A stretch of 64,000 nt of DNA, from sequence record OL744216.1. One strand, given 5' to 3'. The position numbers and the translations under genes were made by a program. The notes beneath the pieces were generated by a model. That model saw only the letters and a program-made list of their open reading frames with translations. It was not told the origin of the DNA and did not search any database. Positions 34,631-43,752 of this stretch are shown in pieces. The DNA comes from Enterobacter phage vB_ExiM_F4M1E. Numbering within the stretch: the stretch's first letter is position 1; the number at the start of each line of letters is the position of its first letter.

Positions 34631-34880
34631 GATTCATCTCCTCATATTCAATAGCCACGGCTTTCTGCCACTCTTTTACGTGCGGGGTCAGTGCCTCTGC
34701 CACAAGGCAGGCCCGCTGACGCAGAACTTCAGAAAACTTACCGGAGTTCTGTGTTTCCTGCGTGATGGCAGACACCTCAATGTCCAAGCCTTTGCTGACA
34801 AAACCTTTGTAGTACATGTCGTGCGCCTGCACGGCGATGGCCTCCCAAAGGTGCCAGTGCATATCTTCTACTTGCATCAA
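34548..34880 (-). CDS. hypothetical protein (110 aa)
   Basis: ORF in array. Confidence 0.45.
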   Translation of the reverse strand: MMQVEDMHWHLWEAIAVQAHDMYYKGFVSKGLDIEVSAITQETQNSGKFSEVLRQRACLVAEALTPHVKEWQKAVAIEYEEMNREAEMYERDHGLQQSVSKGAGFHFNRA

Positions 34881-35110
34881 TAAACCCTCCTTCCGGTTTC
34901 CAAAGACATTTCGATCGCCTCGATATCGTGAGAGGCGGCAGTTAGCTCCGCAGAGTGCTCAACACGCTGCCACGGGGTGTACTCGTCAGTGTAGACATTT
35001 ACCTTGCTTGCCTTGCCGAGCCAATCTTTTAAGAGCAAAAGCTCCAGTTTCAACTGCTGGCGCTCGTAATTATCCAGCACCTTCCCATCAGGGATATTAC
35101 TGTTCGACAT
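34877..35110 (-). CDS. hypothetical protein (77 aa)
   Basis: ORF in array. Confidence 0.4.
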   Translation of the reverse strand: MSNSNIPDGKVLDNYERQQLKLELLLLKDWLGKASKVNVYTDEYTPWQRVEHSAELTAASHDIEAIEMSLETGRRVY

Positions 35111-35204
35111 AACCCTCCCGTATCCCCTTCAGAGGATAATCAATGACTTATCCCCTCCGGGGGATAACCTACACAACCAGTATACACGAGCAGACTCAGA
35201 TTGC

Positions 35205-35233
35205 AAGCAATAAAAAACCGCCCGAAGGCGGTT
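35205..35233 (-). terminator. intrinsic terminator after RCC1-like gene (CCGCC-TTCG-GGCGGTTTTTT on minus strand)
   Basis: hairpin plus 6-T run. Confidence 0.65.
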
Positions 35234-36402
35234 TAAATAACAAGGCTTGTGTCCAAAGGCACATAGGTATCAACCCTTGTCCCTCCCACACCGGGAAGAG
35301 TTCCTGCTGTCCCTCCTGAGTCCTGCCCTGTTCCGTAGAGGTTTCCGTCAATCAGCAGGTAAGATACTGAGTAATTTGATCTCATGGAGTGATAATCACC
35401 CTGTAAGGTGCTCGAAGGCATCGCCGTAAAAGAGTACCTCTGTGCCTGGGAAGGTCCCGTCCCTTGACTTTGACCACTGTTTGTCCCTGTGTAGTAAAGC
35501 ACCCCTGTGACCGGATGGGTTACCCTTGCCGAGTAAAGACCTGTATAAATTACAGGCACGCCCTTGCTCCGATCGGATATGTTCTGCCACACCGCCGTCG
35601 GGTTTCGGTAACTTGCATCACCAGTGGAACCTGTCCCCAGACTTCCTCCAAAGTGACGACCTTGGACATAAGTGGCATAAACAGACCCTGTATCCACAAT
35701 CATAAAGACCCCAGTGTGTCCCGGGAAGAAGTCTTTTGTGATGAGGGATTGCAGTGCCCATGTACTAACTGCACCGCTGATAGACCCAGCCTGTCCGTAG
35801 TCAGACGACCCTGCCACATAAAAATGGCCACTTTTTCTGAGGAGGTAGGAGGTATCTGTGGAACCTTGGTCAAATGCAATTTTCTCAACGTCAGTGAAGT
35901 CATTCCTCATGGTCAGGGTTCTGACTTGATCGGCATTACCTTGTCCCAAACCTCCACTGTTATTCCTTCCACACATGGCGTACTGCCCATCTGTAAAGAC
36001 CACAGCAAGAGACCTGAACCCCAGAGAAACCTCTTTGATAGACAACCCTTCCGGATAGGTCATGTACTCAGAGACATCAGTCAGCCCTTGTATAACGGAG
36101 CCAAGGGCAGTGGGGAACATCTCGTTTGAACCCACGAACATCCACCTGCCGTCCTTCATCCTCATCAGCACTTGACGGTGAGCCATCCAAAAGTCTTCAA
36201 CCCCTCCGGCGAGGAGGGTCCAAGTCTTGACAGCACCTCCAGTACCGCTGATATACAGGTCACCAATAACGTACAAATTGCCAGAATTTGCAAGTGCCCC
36301 TATTCCTGTCGAGGATGTCCCGATCTTTAGGATATTCCCCCCGGGGACAGGAGTTTTACCCCCTGCCAGCATAAGTTCAATCATGTCATCCTCCGATATC
36401 AA
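35233..36402 (-). CDS. RCC1-like repeat (beta-propeller) protein, paralog A
   Basis: repeated G-x-N/S-x-x-G-Q-L/A-G blades (GRNNSGGLGQG, SSDYGQAGS); N-terminus MIELMLAGGKTPVPG shared with paralog B. Confidence 0.55.
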   Translation of the reverse strand: MISEDDMIELMLAGGKTPVPGGNILKIGTSSTGIGALANSGNLYVIGDLYISGTGGAVKTWTLLAGGVEDFWMAHRQVLMRMKDGRWMFVGSNEMFPTALGSVIQGLTDVSEYMTYPEGLSIKEVSLGFRSLAVVFTDGQYAMCGRNNSGGLGQGNADQVRTLTMRNDFTDVEKIAFDQGSTDTSYLLRKSGHFYVAGSSDYGQAGSISGAVSTWALQSLITKDFFPGHTGVFMIVDTGSVYATYVQGRHFGGSLGTGSTGDASYRNPTAVWQNISDRSKGVPVIYTGLYSARVTHPVTGVLYYTGTNSGQSQGTGPSQAQRYSFTAMPSSTLQGDYHSMRSNYSVSYLLIDGNLYGTGQDSGGTAGTLPGVGGTRVDTYVPLDTSLVI

Positions 36403-37562
36403 ACCAGCGCAGACGTATCAAGTTCTTGGAACTCCCTGAGTTGCCCGGGAGGATGTCCCGGCAGAAGGCCGTCAGAAGTATTACCTGCCCCGTACAGCCG
36501 CCCATCGTCAATATAATACGACTGGTAGAAAGACCCACGAGAGCACGTCCAGTTTTTTGTTGGGTTCTGGGTTGCAACAGGCATCTCTGTGAATACCCCT
36601 AAGTATGCCCCGGAGTTCCAGTTTGGTGCTCCGTTTGCCGCAGAGTTATTCCCTGTGTGGTTCCAGAGACCATTTGTACCCCACACTTTTGCCATATACA
36701 CCCCCATCACAAACGGGGAATCTTCAATCGCCACAGAAGGTGCCGCCACTAAGGCCGATTGGGGGTACGCCGAGTTCGATCCGTTACCCCTTCCGATTGA
36801 CCCTTGCGACTGGAATCCGTTGGACCAGATCTGGTGGTAATTCGGTATTGTTGCGTGACGACGACGGACAAAGAGGGCTTGGTTACCGCCAATAATTTCC
36901 GCATTCAGTGTGTGGGTGACAGTCGATATGAATGTCAGGGCGGTATTGTTGGCAAGAGTCCCTCCAAGCTGACCTTGGCTCCCGTTTCCCCATCCCCCAA
37001 CCCTGCCATCCTCCAGCAACACATAAGTAGTATCGATGGTGGAATAATCCAGTGCAAACTGAACTATTGGAGATGGCCCATTTATCGCGCTCCAATAGTT
37101 CTTCCCTGTGGAGGTTGAGCCGAGACCACATCCACCGTTGGAGTTCAAACCCCGAAGCCTGAGCATACCAGAAGTGTATAGAACACCAATGGTCGTATGT
37201 GAGATGTCCCACTGTTTAATTTCCAGCGCCCCGAGGATCTCCATTAGGCTTGTTACATCCGTTGGGGTGTACAGGTTTGTCGCCAAGGAGGCAAAATAGT
37301 TATTGACCCCCACGAACATCCACCTGTCAAAGGAAGTCCTCCACAGGATGGCCCTGTAACCACATCGGAAATCGGCGACACCTGTTGCCAAAAGCGTCCA
37401 CTCAGTGACTTTGGCTCCGGTCCCGCTGGTGTACAGGTTAGAGATTGTGTACATGTTCCCCGTGTCTGTCAGGGCAACAATCCCGCCATCCACTGTGCCA
37501 ATCTTGGCTATTTTCCCCGGCGGTGCCGGGACCTTACCCCCGGTCATCATCAATTCGATCAT
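36399..37562 (-). CDS. RCC1-like repeat (beta-propeller) protein, paralog B
   Basis: GNGSQGQLGG-type blades; same N-terminal motif; ATGA overlap with paralog A. Confidence 0.55.
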   Translation of the reverse strand: MIELMMTGGKVPAPPGKIAKIGTVDGGIVALTDTGNMYTISNLYTSGTGAKVTEWTLLATGVADFRCGYRAILWRTSFDRWMFVGVNNYFASLATNLYTPTDVTSLMEILGALEIKQWDISHTTIGVLYTSGMLRLRGLNSNGGCGLGSTSTGKNYWSAINGPSPIVQFALDYSTIDTTYVLLEDGRVGGWGNGSQGQLGGTLANNTALTFISTVTHTLNAEIIGGNQALFVRRRHATIPNYHQIWSNGFQSQGSIGRGNGSNSAYPQSALVAAPSVAIEDSPFVMGVYMAKVWGTNGLWNHTGNNSAANGAPNWNSGAYLGVFTEMPVATQNPTKNWTCSRGSFYQSYYIDDGRLYGAGNTSDGLLPGHPPGQLREFQELDTSALV

Positions 37563-37613
37563 AAATCCTCCTGTGAAAAGGTAATTTTATCACACATCCC
37601 TGTGAAATTCACC

Positions 37614-37784
37614 TTACAGGGGTGCAATATCTGACTCAGGCACTTCCTGAATCACAGGTCGCCCACCGATATTTACCTCAACATACCAGTTCTCTGTATC
37701 AATAACCGCAGAAAGAGTCTTCCCGGTCAGACCTTCAAATGGGCCGGAGATGAATCGGATTTGTTGATATTCACTAAGTGACAT
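37614..37784 (-). CDS. small KOW-domain-like protein (56 aa, NusG C-terminal-like)
   Basis: FISGPFEGLTGKT...VEVNIGGRPV pattern; RBS GAGGAAG; 58-nt overlap with upstream gene lowers confidence. Confidence 0.3.
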   Translation of the reverse strand: MSLSEYQQIRFISGPFEGLTGKTLSAVIDTENWYVEVNIGGRPVIQEVPESDIAPL

Positions 37785-38227
37785 TTATCTTCCTCGTTAA
37801 TAAACAAAGACATATCTGTCTTAAAGTCGTATTCTCTACGCCAAAAGACAGCCATAGTTTCGATGATTTGCGTCCCGTACATCGTACTGATGAACGAAAT
37901 ATCACCGTAGGTTAATTCCTTGCCAACAGGCAAGGAATCATAGAAGTGCCTCGGGACCGGAGACCAGAACTCAATACCCTTCCAGAAGAACTGGGCCTTT
38001 TGGTGCGTTCTCTCGTCGAAGGCATATTTATCCCAAGCATCTCTCCCTGCCATCCCGTCTCTTCCAGTCATGCCCATAGGGCCAGTTGGGCCGGGAGGTC
38101 CGGGTCTGGTAGCAATCTCAGCGGCAGCTATGTCCCGGATGCCAGTAAAGATCTCCCCTATGGTAACTTTGTACCCCTCCTTGTTAAGCACCTCAGAAAG
38201 GGCATCACAAAGATTAAAGTTATCCAA
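37727..38227 (-). CDS. collagen-like (Gly-X-Y) repeat protein, member of paralog family
   Basis: PGPPGPTGPMGMTGRDGMAGRD triplets. Confidence 0.5.
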   Translation of the reverse strand: MDNFNLCDALSEVLNKEGYKVTIGEIFTGIRDIAAAEIATRPGPPGPTGPMGMTGRDGMAGRDAWDKYAFDERTHQKAQFFWKGIEFWSPVPRHFYDSLPVGKELTYGDISFISTMYGTQIIETMAVFWRREYDFKTDMSLFINEEDKCHLVNINKSDSSPAHLKV

Positions 38228-38423
38228 AGATCATCCCCCCGAAGAAGAATACCAATGTATAATAGATTGGAAGCCCCACCAGTATGAATCCGAAGAGGCC
38301 CAAGAGTCCTACGATCACACTCTCCGCCTTATCGAGGCTCCAATAGATCGTAAAAACCAACCCAAAGCCGGGGATTACCCCGCCAAAAACCCACATGTAC
38401 ACCATCATCAACGTAGGCATCAT
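38220..38423 (-). CDS. small membrane protein (67 aa)
   Basis: three hydrophobic helices. Confidence 0.45.
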   Translation of the reverse strand: MMPTLMMVYMWVFGGVIPGFGLVFTIYWSLDKAESVIVGLLGLFGFILVGLPIYYTLVFFFGGMIFG

Positions 38424-38758
38424 TTAATCCCCTTCACGCCATCAAGTCGGTCGATCTCCTCACGTACCGCATCTGCGTAGTCCTTGTCAACAGTGACGAC
38501 GATCACCTCGGTGGTTTGGATCTTCTTCCATCGACGGAAGAACGTTGCCAAGGACAGGTCATGACGACTTGACGGGAAGTCGTCGTCGGTCTTGTACACA
38601 TAGCCTGATTCTACCTTCACCACAGCATCATCTGCCGGGTTGTCGTAGTCTTCCTGCTCAACGCCGTCGAACGTGATCAGAACGTCATCATGGTAATGAC
38701 CTTTCCAGTATTCTTCGTCGTTGTAAAACTGTTTCCAGAGGGCACCTTGTACTTTCAT
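38420..38758 (-). CDS. hypothetical protein (112 aa; start at MKVQG)
   Basis: GGAGAA RBS before internal ATG. Confidence 0.45.
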   Translation of the reverse strand: MKVQGALWKQFYNDEEYWKGHYHDDVLITFDGVEQEDYDNPADDAVVKVESGYVYKTDDDFPSSRHDLSLATFFRRWKKIQTTEVIVVTVDKDYADAVREEIDRLDGVKGIK

Positions 38759-38893
38759 TTGAGTTCTCCGATAAAGTTTGCGACGGGAATGCCCGTCAGG
38801 ATTCACCAGTCCGATTCTGAGAGGTTTTCTGGCAGAAGATGATAAATCACCTTACCTCGGTGCAAAACCTCTTAGAATGCGTTACAGAGCGTT

Positions 38894-39100
38894 TTACGGA
38901 ACCTGTGTGCAACTAGCATTGGGACTGCCTTGCATCAATCGGCAGATCATTGTCTTTTCAGATGTCTTCGTGACGATGTAATCCGGACAGGCAATGATCG
39001 TTGCACCACCACCGTGGTCATGTATGGTACACTTATTCAGGTCCTTTTCCGCATTGACCCCGAAGGCCAGAACTGCCAACAAAATAATCAACTTTTTCAT
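38894..39100 (-). CDS. small secreted Cys-containing protein (68 aa)
   Basis: signal peptide MKKLIILLAVLAFGVNA; 4 Cys. Confidence 0.45.
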   Translation of the reverse strand: MKKLIILLAVLAFGVNAEKDLNKCTIHDHGGGATIIACPDYIVTKTSEKTMICRLMQGSPNASCTQVP

Positions 39101-39149
39101 AGCTTTTTACCCAACATGCATCCGATCCAAAAACAACACCCGATCCAAA

Positions 39150-39464
39150 CTACTGAGAAGATTGCTGCTGCGATGTACGGTCCAACCATTCATCATACTC
39201 CTTCTGCAAACCATCAAGGGTTGAGTTCACGATAAGAGGCTCTCCCTCCACCGGATCAATAACATACAGAGCGCCGGATACGTTGTCAACCTCTTCCATC
39301 ATCTTTTTGATTTCCGGGCGGTTGAAAACATCATACGGCAAGCCGTGGTAGGCTGTCTGCAACATTGTTTTGCAGTCTCGCGCCCAACCTGTATGCCAAG
39401 CATCCCCGTTTTGATCCACAATAAACATCTGGACAGTGACGAATTTACTCATCAGTTTTCCCAC
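39150..39464 (-). CDS. hypothetical protein (104 aa)
   Basis: ORF in array. Confidence 0.45.
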   Translation of the reverse strand: MGKLMSKFVTVQMFIVDQNGDAWHTGWARDCKTMLQTAYHGLPYDVFNRPEIKKMMEEVDNVSGALYVIDPVEGEPLIVNSTLDGLQKEYDEWLDRTSQQQSSQ

Positions 39465-39712
39465 CCAATCTTTTTGGATTCAACAACTTCCATGTTTTTA
39501 TAGTTCACAATCTGGTATCCTCCCAGAACCGTCCCGTGATCCGCAACCATCGCACGGGCTTGGTTCAGTGATAGAGCCATACCGATGAAGTCGTTGAACC
39601 CACCCGCCGGGTAGTACGTATCAAACGCAAACACCAAGAACATCCCAACCTCGTTGTGGTTAGCCGCTGCGGTAAGTGCTTGCGGGGTGATTTCTTTAGT
39701 CATTTCGAGCAT
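39452..39712 (-). CDS. hypothetical protein (86 aa)
   Basis: ORF in array. Confidence 0.45.
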   Translation of the reverse strand: MLEMTKEITPQALTAAANHNEVGMFLVFAFDTYYPAGGFNDFIGMALSLNQARAMVADHGTVLGGYQIVNYKNMEVVESKKIGWEN

Positions 39713-39715
39713 AAT

Positions 39716-40015
39716 TTAGTCCTCGTCCCAGTTAATCTTGCTGGCCCGGTGGCAAATTAACAACCGGGTCGCCTCTGTTTGTTTACCTTCGCCCAAGAGT
39801 GTATTGTAATCTCGGCTGAACTGCAAGTCTTTTATGACCTCTTCCAACTTTGGTTGCAGGACTTCCATCAGGATGTCCGCCTTTTCGGGATACAACGTCT
39901 CAAAAAGGTTCCACCCTGCGTCGGTGTCTTCCTCCCCCTCGCTGAAGAACTCCTCTCGGAGTTCAGGAGACATGGCATGAACCAGGAGAGAAGAGTATCT
40001 GGTGTATTTTCCCAT
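39716..40015 (-). CDS. hypothetical protein (99 aa)
   Basis: ORF in array. Confidence 0.45.
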   Translation of the reverse strand: MGKYTRYSSLLVHAMSPELREEFFSEGEEDTDAGWNLFETLYPEKADILMEVLQPKLEEVIKDLQFSRDYNTLLGEGKQTEATRLLICHRASKINWDED

Positions 40016-40188
40016 CAGCTACGCGCCTTGTGCAAAAGGCCGATGATAAAAGCGCCAACAAGGCCAAAGAACAGGCCGTTAACTACTGCCTGTGGCGTCG
40101 TCATTTGGCCCAAATACGCACCAAGCCCGCCAATCAGGGATACCATGCCAATGATAAATGCTTTCTCTGCGGTGGATACCTTTTTCAT
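40015..40188 (-). CDS. small two-TM membrane protein (57 aa)
   Basis: RBS AGGAGATAGAG; ATGA overlap; below ORF-track cutoff. Confidence 0.4.
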   Translation of the reverse strand: MKKVSTAEKAFIIGMVSLIGGLGAYLGQMTTPQAVVNGLFFGLVGAFIIGLLHKARS

Positions 40189-40242
40189 CTCTATCTCCTG
40201 TTTTGTTTGATAGGACCCATCATACAGGGTCCTGAGTGGATG

Positions 40243-40701
40243 TCAATCGTTTTCGAAAGCATTTAATGCCTGAAGTTCTTTCCAGGCTGTCATCCATGCC
40301 TGCTTGATCCGAGAATGCTCTTTAGGGTGTGCGATCTCCAACAAACGAAGCTCATCCCGGGTAATATTTCGCTCATCCTCAAAAAACTCCATAGCCTCGT
40401 CAGAAAGGTAAGCCGTAAAGACGATCTCTTTGAACTTTATCGTCCTGTTCCTCGACGTCGGAGGATCTACGATGACTTGGGTTCCAGTTGTTGTGATAGT
40501 TGGGGACGGAGTTTTCATCAAGTCCCTCATGATCTTTTCCCACTCCCTCGCCTTAATGTCCGAAGGGGGAGGTGTCCACGGTTGATGGATATTCGGAGAT
40601 GTGTGCCCGTCCCCAACTCTCCACGGCCCTCCGATCCCAATTGTTCCATTACCCATCAATGAAGAATTGATTTGGTCCTTCAGGTTCTTAGATTCACTCA
40701 T
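40243..40701 (-). CDS. paralog family member (Gly-rich N-terminus, conserved acidic C-terminal module)
   Basis: C-terminal ITRDELRLLEI...W..W module shared with 4 neighbours. Confidence 0.5.
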   Translation of the reverse strand: MSESKNLKDQINSSLMGNGTIGIGGPWRVGDGHTSPNIHQPWTPPPSDIKAREWEKIMRDLMKTPSPTITTTGTQVIVDPPTSRNRTIKFKEIVFTAYLSDEAMEFFEDERNITRDELRLLEIAHPKEHSRIKQAWMTAWKELQALNAFEND

Positions 40702-41098
40702 CTGGCATCATCTCCCCAAGTTCAAATGCCCGGTATGCCCGGCGATTGTTCCACTCTTCCGCCCACGACTCTCGGATCGATTTCCACTCTTGCTCATCCA
40801 CCATCTTGATAAATGCCAGTTCATCACCATTAAGCTCTGTAGCATCCTCAATCATGGCGAAGGTTTCTGGTTTCAACCGGACCTTAAATGGAAGCCCGGC
40901 ATACGATAAAACATAAAGCTCCGTGTGGACACCCATAGGGCCGGGGGTCCCGGACACCCCTGCATCCCCTCTTGGACCCGACGTCCCATTTACCCTTGTC
41001 ACAACCCCTGTTGTCGCATCGTAGCGAAGGTGACCCGCCTGTAATTCCCGACGAATCCTATCCGCTGCGCTGGGGCTAATATTTCGCTTTTGGCCCAT
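40694..41098 (-). CDS. paralog family member with collagen-like tract (start at MGQKRNI)
   Basis: GTSGPRGDAGVSGTPGPMG; C-terminal LNGDELAFIKM module; GGAGAAA RBS. Confidence 0.5.
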   Translation of the reverse strand: MGQKRNISPSAADRIRRELQAGHLRYDATTGVVTRVNGTSGPRGDAGVSGTPGPMGVHTELYVLSYAGLPFKVRLKPETFAMIEDATELNGDELAFIKMVDEQEWKSIRESWAEEWNNRRAYRAFELGEMMPDE

Positions 41099-41549
41099 TA
41101 TATTTCTCCAGTAAAAGACGATCAGCTTCATCCAAAGCCCCGGCAAACAGGGGCACCATCGGGGCAAGATCTGCGTACAAGACCTCGAACATTGCCACCT
41201 CTCCTTCGTCCACATTATGGGTGTCCAAGAAGATTTCTTCGATCGATAATCGCTCCGTGTCGTTCCGTCCAAAGGCATGATAAACCAAACGATCACCTTT
41301 CTCCGGGCAGGTTCTCCATTGGAGAAGGCCACTCATACTCTTGGTCCACAGCCGGAGATCTCCGTTCTTCATCTCGTGACGCATGGTAAACTCACGGTTG
41401 GTATTAGGTCCGGTAGGAACCTCCAAGGTCAATCCCCGGAACTTACCTTCCAGCCTGGTTACGATCTGCCTTCTAACCGGATCGCCCATAACCGCCTTCC
41501 AACTCCAGTCTCGTGCCAGTCTTTCTATCACATCTTTGATTTCACTCAT
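41076..41549 (-). CDS. paralog family member (157 aa)
   Basis: C-terminal VDEGEVAMFEV module. Confidence 0.5.
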   Translation of the reverse strand: MSEIKDVIERLARDWSWKAVMGDPVRRQIVTRLEGKFRGLTLEVPTGPNTNREFTMRHEMKNGDLRLWTKSMSGLLQWRTCPEKGDRLVYHAFGRNDTERLSIEEIFLDTHNVDEGEVAMFEVLYADLAPMVPLFAGALDEADRLLLEKYNGPKAKY

Positions 41550-41551
41550 TA

Positions 41552-42067
41552 TCAGTCCTTCAGTGGGAAAAATACAGACAGGGTATTAGAACCCGCCGCC
41601 TTATCGAGTTTCCGGATAACACCGAAGAACTCTCGGTTCATATCTATCAACATCTGCTCGTCACCATAAAGCATCTGGAACATATCCAACTCTTCAAATG
41701 TCGGACGCCAAGGATCGTTAAACATCTCCGACATGTGGGTTTTCAATCCTGCCCCGTTATCGTAGATGCAGGAGTTCCCCGTTACTGTTAAACGAGACCG
41801 GGATAGCATCAGCCCGGGAATCTCCAGGCTCACCAATTCACCGGACGCTGGGTCGATATTCGCCTTTACCATCTTCTCGATATCCCAAGAGGAATCAGTC
41901 TTGGTCTTCAGGTAGAACGATGCTCGGCTATCGACATCTATTCCGCGCTCCACCCGGTACTCCAAGAACTTGAAGAAAATCTGGTGCTTCAGCCAGTGGC
42001 TCCAGCCGATCCACCTGGCACCCTGTCCAAATACCTCACGGGTTATCTCCTCTGATGTCTTTCGCAT
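41552..42067 (-). CDS. paralog family member (171 aa; start at MRKTSEE)
   Basis: C-terminal FEELDMFQMLYGDEQMLIDM module; GGAGAG RBS. Confidence 0.5.
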   Translation of the reverse strand: MRKTSEEITREVFGQGARWIGWSHWLKHQIFFKFLEYRVERGIDVDSRASFYLKTKTDSSWDIEKMVKANIDPASGELVSLEIPGLMLSRSRLTVTGNSCIYDNGAGLKTHMSEMFNDPWRPTFEELDMFQMLYGDEQMLIDMNREFFGVIRKLDKAAGSNTLSVFFPLKD

Positions 42068-42461
42068 ATTTGTCTCTCCACTCATTTAGCTCGTTGCTCG
42101 CCAACTGCTTCGCCCTGAGATCTGACCACAGGTCCTCAAATGCCTTGTAATCTTCAGGGTATGTTGTCTCGAATATCGCCAAATCATCCATGTCCAGATT
42201 ATCGGGGTCGGGGAACAATTCAGTGATATCGTGTTCAGACCACAGTGTAACCTCAACACCCTTGTAAGTCAACGTGTATTGATTCTTCCTTACGAAAGGT
42301 CCCTGTGGGCCAGTCATAGACCCCAACCCATTCCATTGCCTGCCGTCCCATGAGTACAGGTCTGACCCGACAATATAAGTGTCCCCGGCTGAAACCGCCT
42401 GCGGGGGACAGGGGAGTTCATGGACCCCGGACAAATAACCTTTTATCACCAACCCGTTCAT
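42036..42461 (-). CDS. paralog family member with short Gly-X-Y tract (141 aa)
   Basis: GSMTGPQGP; C-terminal LDMDDLAIFET module. Confidence 0.5.
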   Translation of the reverse strand: MNGLVIKGYLSGVHELPCPPQAVSAGDTYIVGSDLYSWDGRQWNGLGSMTGPQGPFVRKNQYTLTYKGVEVTLWSEHDITELFPDPDNLDMDDLAIFETTYPEDYKAFEDLWSDLRAKQLASNELNEWRDKYAKDIRGDNP

Positions 42462-42508
42462 ACCACCCCCAAAAAGAAAGGCCGATCGCCTTTCGACGAT
42501 CGACCCGA

Positions 42509-42952
42509 TTATCCAAAGAACAGCACGATGACTGTGACAATGGTGTAGACAACAGCCCCGGCAATCAGAATCATGCCGAATGGCTTGCGTGTGAAACGCC
42601 GCAGGCGGGCAAACAAGGAGTTCCTTTTCTTATGCTCCACAACAAAATTATTGCAGAGTGTCAGGAAAGCATTGATCTCCCCAGCATGTCCCGTCATAGC
42701 GAATGGAGTGTGCTTCAACTCTCCGGGGTTCGGGACTGCAATCGGACCGGAAGGTGTTTCTACCACCATACCGTGCTGATTTACCCGGTAAGTAACCCCT
42801 CGGACCTTATCTTCAAGGACGTATGCCCTGAATCCCCAAGTGTCCGCCTTGGCCCTGCGGATTGACCCGCACGAGTATTCCAAGCGATCGCCTCGGATCA
42901 GGTCGAGGTTACCCTCTACCATCGGAAGTTGACGAACGTATGCGTAAAACAT
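42509..42952 (-). CDS. hypothetical protein with C-terminal TM anchor (147 aa)
   Basis: C-terminus GMILIAGAVVYTIVTVIVLFFG. Confidence 0.45.
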   Translation of the reverse strand: MFYAYVRQLPMVEGNLDLIRGDRLEYSCGSIRRAKADTWGFRAYVLEDKVRGVTYRVNQHGMVVETPSGPIAVPNPGELKHTPFAMTGHAGEINAFLTLCNNFVVEHKKRNSLFARLRRFTRKPFGMILIAGAVVYTIVTVIVLFFG

Positions 42953-43157
42953 AGTCTTCCTCCCGTTGTAAGATTCCGCACACTCATTTTATCATGTTAT
43001 GCAAAAATACAACAGGAGACTCTTGGCAAAGTTAGCATGTTGTCATTTTACACAACAATTTCTCCGTTTCACATTTAAATTGCTAAAATACATTTTAATA
43101 CATCGAAAATGCCTATCGTCGGGATCTGGTCAATAGGCATAACCTTACAGTGAATTT

Positions 43158-43751
43158 TTAGTCAAAAGTGCTTTCGCATTTTTGTTGGAATCTCTCCAGT
43201 GCGATCGACGTCCTTGGTTCTGCCAATCCGGTGCCGTAAACATAGGAATTTCCCCGTAGGGTTTTACGAACTCCGTATGACCCGAGTTCCAAATCTTCGT
43301 ACATCACATCGAACCCATCTGGAGTTTCAACCACTGATGTGGGCAAGGCATAAAATTCCATCAGGAACTTCTTCATCTTCGTTGCGATCCACAGTGCATC
43401 GGTACGGGTATAAAAGTTTCTTTCGTCACTGAGCTTGATCAGTTCCAGCTTGAGGAACACAGGGAGATGTGTCTCATCAAGGATCGGCTCATCCCGGTAA
43501 CAAGGGGTCAAAGCCATCCAACGGCCCGGCTTCAGTTTACCTTCTTTCTCTAACTGGAGGAAAGACTGCTCCGCAGATGCCACGACGGTATCATCACCTG
43601 CACCATACAATCGGCTGTCGTGTACGCCCGGCGGGCAGGTGTGAGACATTACATCTGGGTCCACAAGTGCCGGGACCTTCTTGGTCTCGAACCAAAGACC
43701 CCACCAATTGGTGGCGTCCTTGATTAATTGCAGATTCATAGGATATTTCAT
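43158..43751 (-). CDS. hypothetical protein (197 aa)
   Basis: long ORF after AT-rich 200-nt intergenic region. Confidence 0.5.
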   Translation of the reverse strand: MKYPMNLQLIKDATNWWGLWFETKKVPALVDPDVMSHTCPPGVHDSRLYGAGDDTVVASAEQSFLQLEKEGKLKPGRWMALTPCYRDEPILDETHLPVFLKLELIKLSDERNFYTRTDALWIATKMKKFLMEFYALPTSVVETPDGFDVMYEDLELGSYGVRKTLRGNSYVYGTGLAEPRTSIALERFQQKCESTFD

Positions 43752-43752
43752 A

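Noticed and set aside
35464-36129. ORF 35464-36129(+) 221 aa
   Set aside because: It is antisense to the RCC1-like repeat gene. It is Cys/His-rich by chance because the opposite strand encodes Gly-rich repeats.
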